DNA of 44,555 nucleotides from Deltaproteobacteria bacterium (GTDB lineage Bacteria; Calditrichota; Calditrichia; RBG-13-44-9; J075): NCBI GenBank assembly GCA_011526015.1, contig WYBG01000315.1, positions 1 to 44,555 of the forward strand, read 5' to 3'. Shown piece by piece: positions 44,302 to 44,555 of this stretch (position 1 is its first letter; each line of letters starts with the position of its first letter). The notes under the pieces were generated by a model. It saw only the letters and a program-made list of their open reading frames with translations, ran no database searches and was not told where the DNA came from. The position numbers and the translations under genes were made by a program.

Positions 44302-44555
44302 TGCTAAATCCTTTTAGTATTTTGGGTGGTTTTAATTCGCTAATATACTCGATCCGGGTACCTGACGCAGCCGCATCAAGTACCCGAAATCGAGTACGTT
44401 GCCTGGTGAGAGGGAAGCAAAGAAGGTCATTTAGGGATGCTGATTTAATTATTTCCTGATTTAACATTTTTGGCATTATCTTTGAAATCAACTCAACATG
44501 TCACCACTACGTGGTTTTTTAACTAAAGGGAGACTCCATTTTCTATAAACATTTC

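Noticed and set aside
44141-44491. 116-aa minus-strand ORF at the right edge
   Set aside because: It overlaps the 5' end of the FemAB-like gene out of frame. The FemAB-like ORF starting at 44301 has a family-typical N-terminus.

Overview
The window is a 44.6-kb bacterial contig. A T9SS C-terminal sorting domain on a giant surface protein suggests an FCB-group/Bacteroidota-like host. There are four blocks. (1) 1-7155 is markedly AT-rich. It holds a plus-strand trio of small genes: a DUF5684-like membrane protein, a 2-TM protein and a Trypco-like protein. These converge on a minus-strand pair: a propeller/Y_Y_Y/GAF sensor histidine kinase translationally coupled to a REC-CHAT (caspase-like protease) response regulator. 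(2) 7219-24517 is GC-rich and encodes a complete extracellular contractile injection system (eCIS, Afp/PVC-like), all on the minus strand. In order: AAA+ ATPase, GH108 muramidase (low-GC insert), DUF4255 cap, sheath, tube, chaperone-like ORF with a start-less -1-frame extension, DUF4157 HExxH protein, LysM tube initiator, gpD/gpV spike, DUF2169-like protein, DUF4150 PAAR-like tip, gp25, baseplate J, gpI-like protein, tail fibre with an autoproteolytic chaperone domain, a small coiled-coil protein and a putative payload. (3) 24518-25667 is a 1.15-kb non-coding stretch. It contains a two-copy 37-bp repeat with a 34-bp spacer (CRISPR-like geometry) and a tRNA-Leu(CAA)-derived sequence that looks 5'-truncated, followed by a terminator. 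(4) 25668-44301 holds a GlpX-like protein, a 1416-aa T9SS-sorted repeat protein, a secreted beta-helix protein, and a minus-strand polysaccharide locus with two ATP-grasp ligases and a FemAB-like transferase. All functional calls come from motif recognition by eye. No searches were run.
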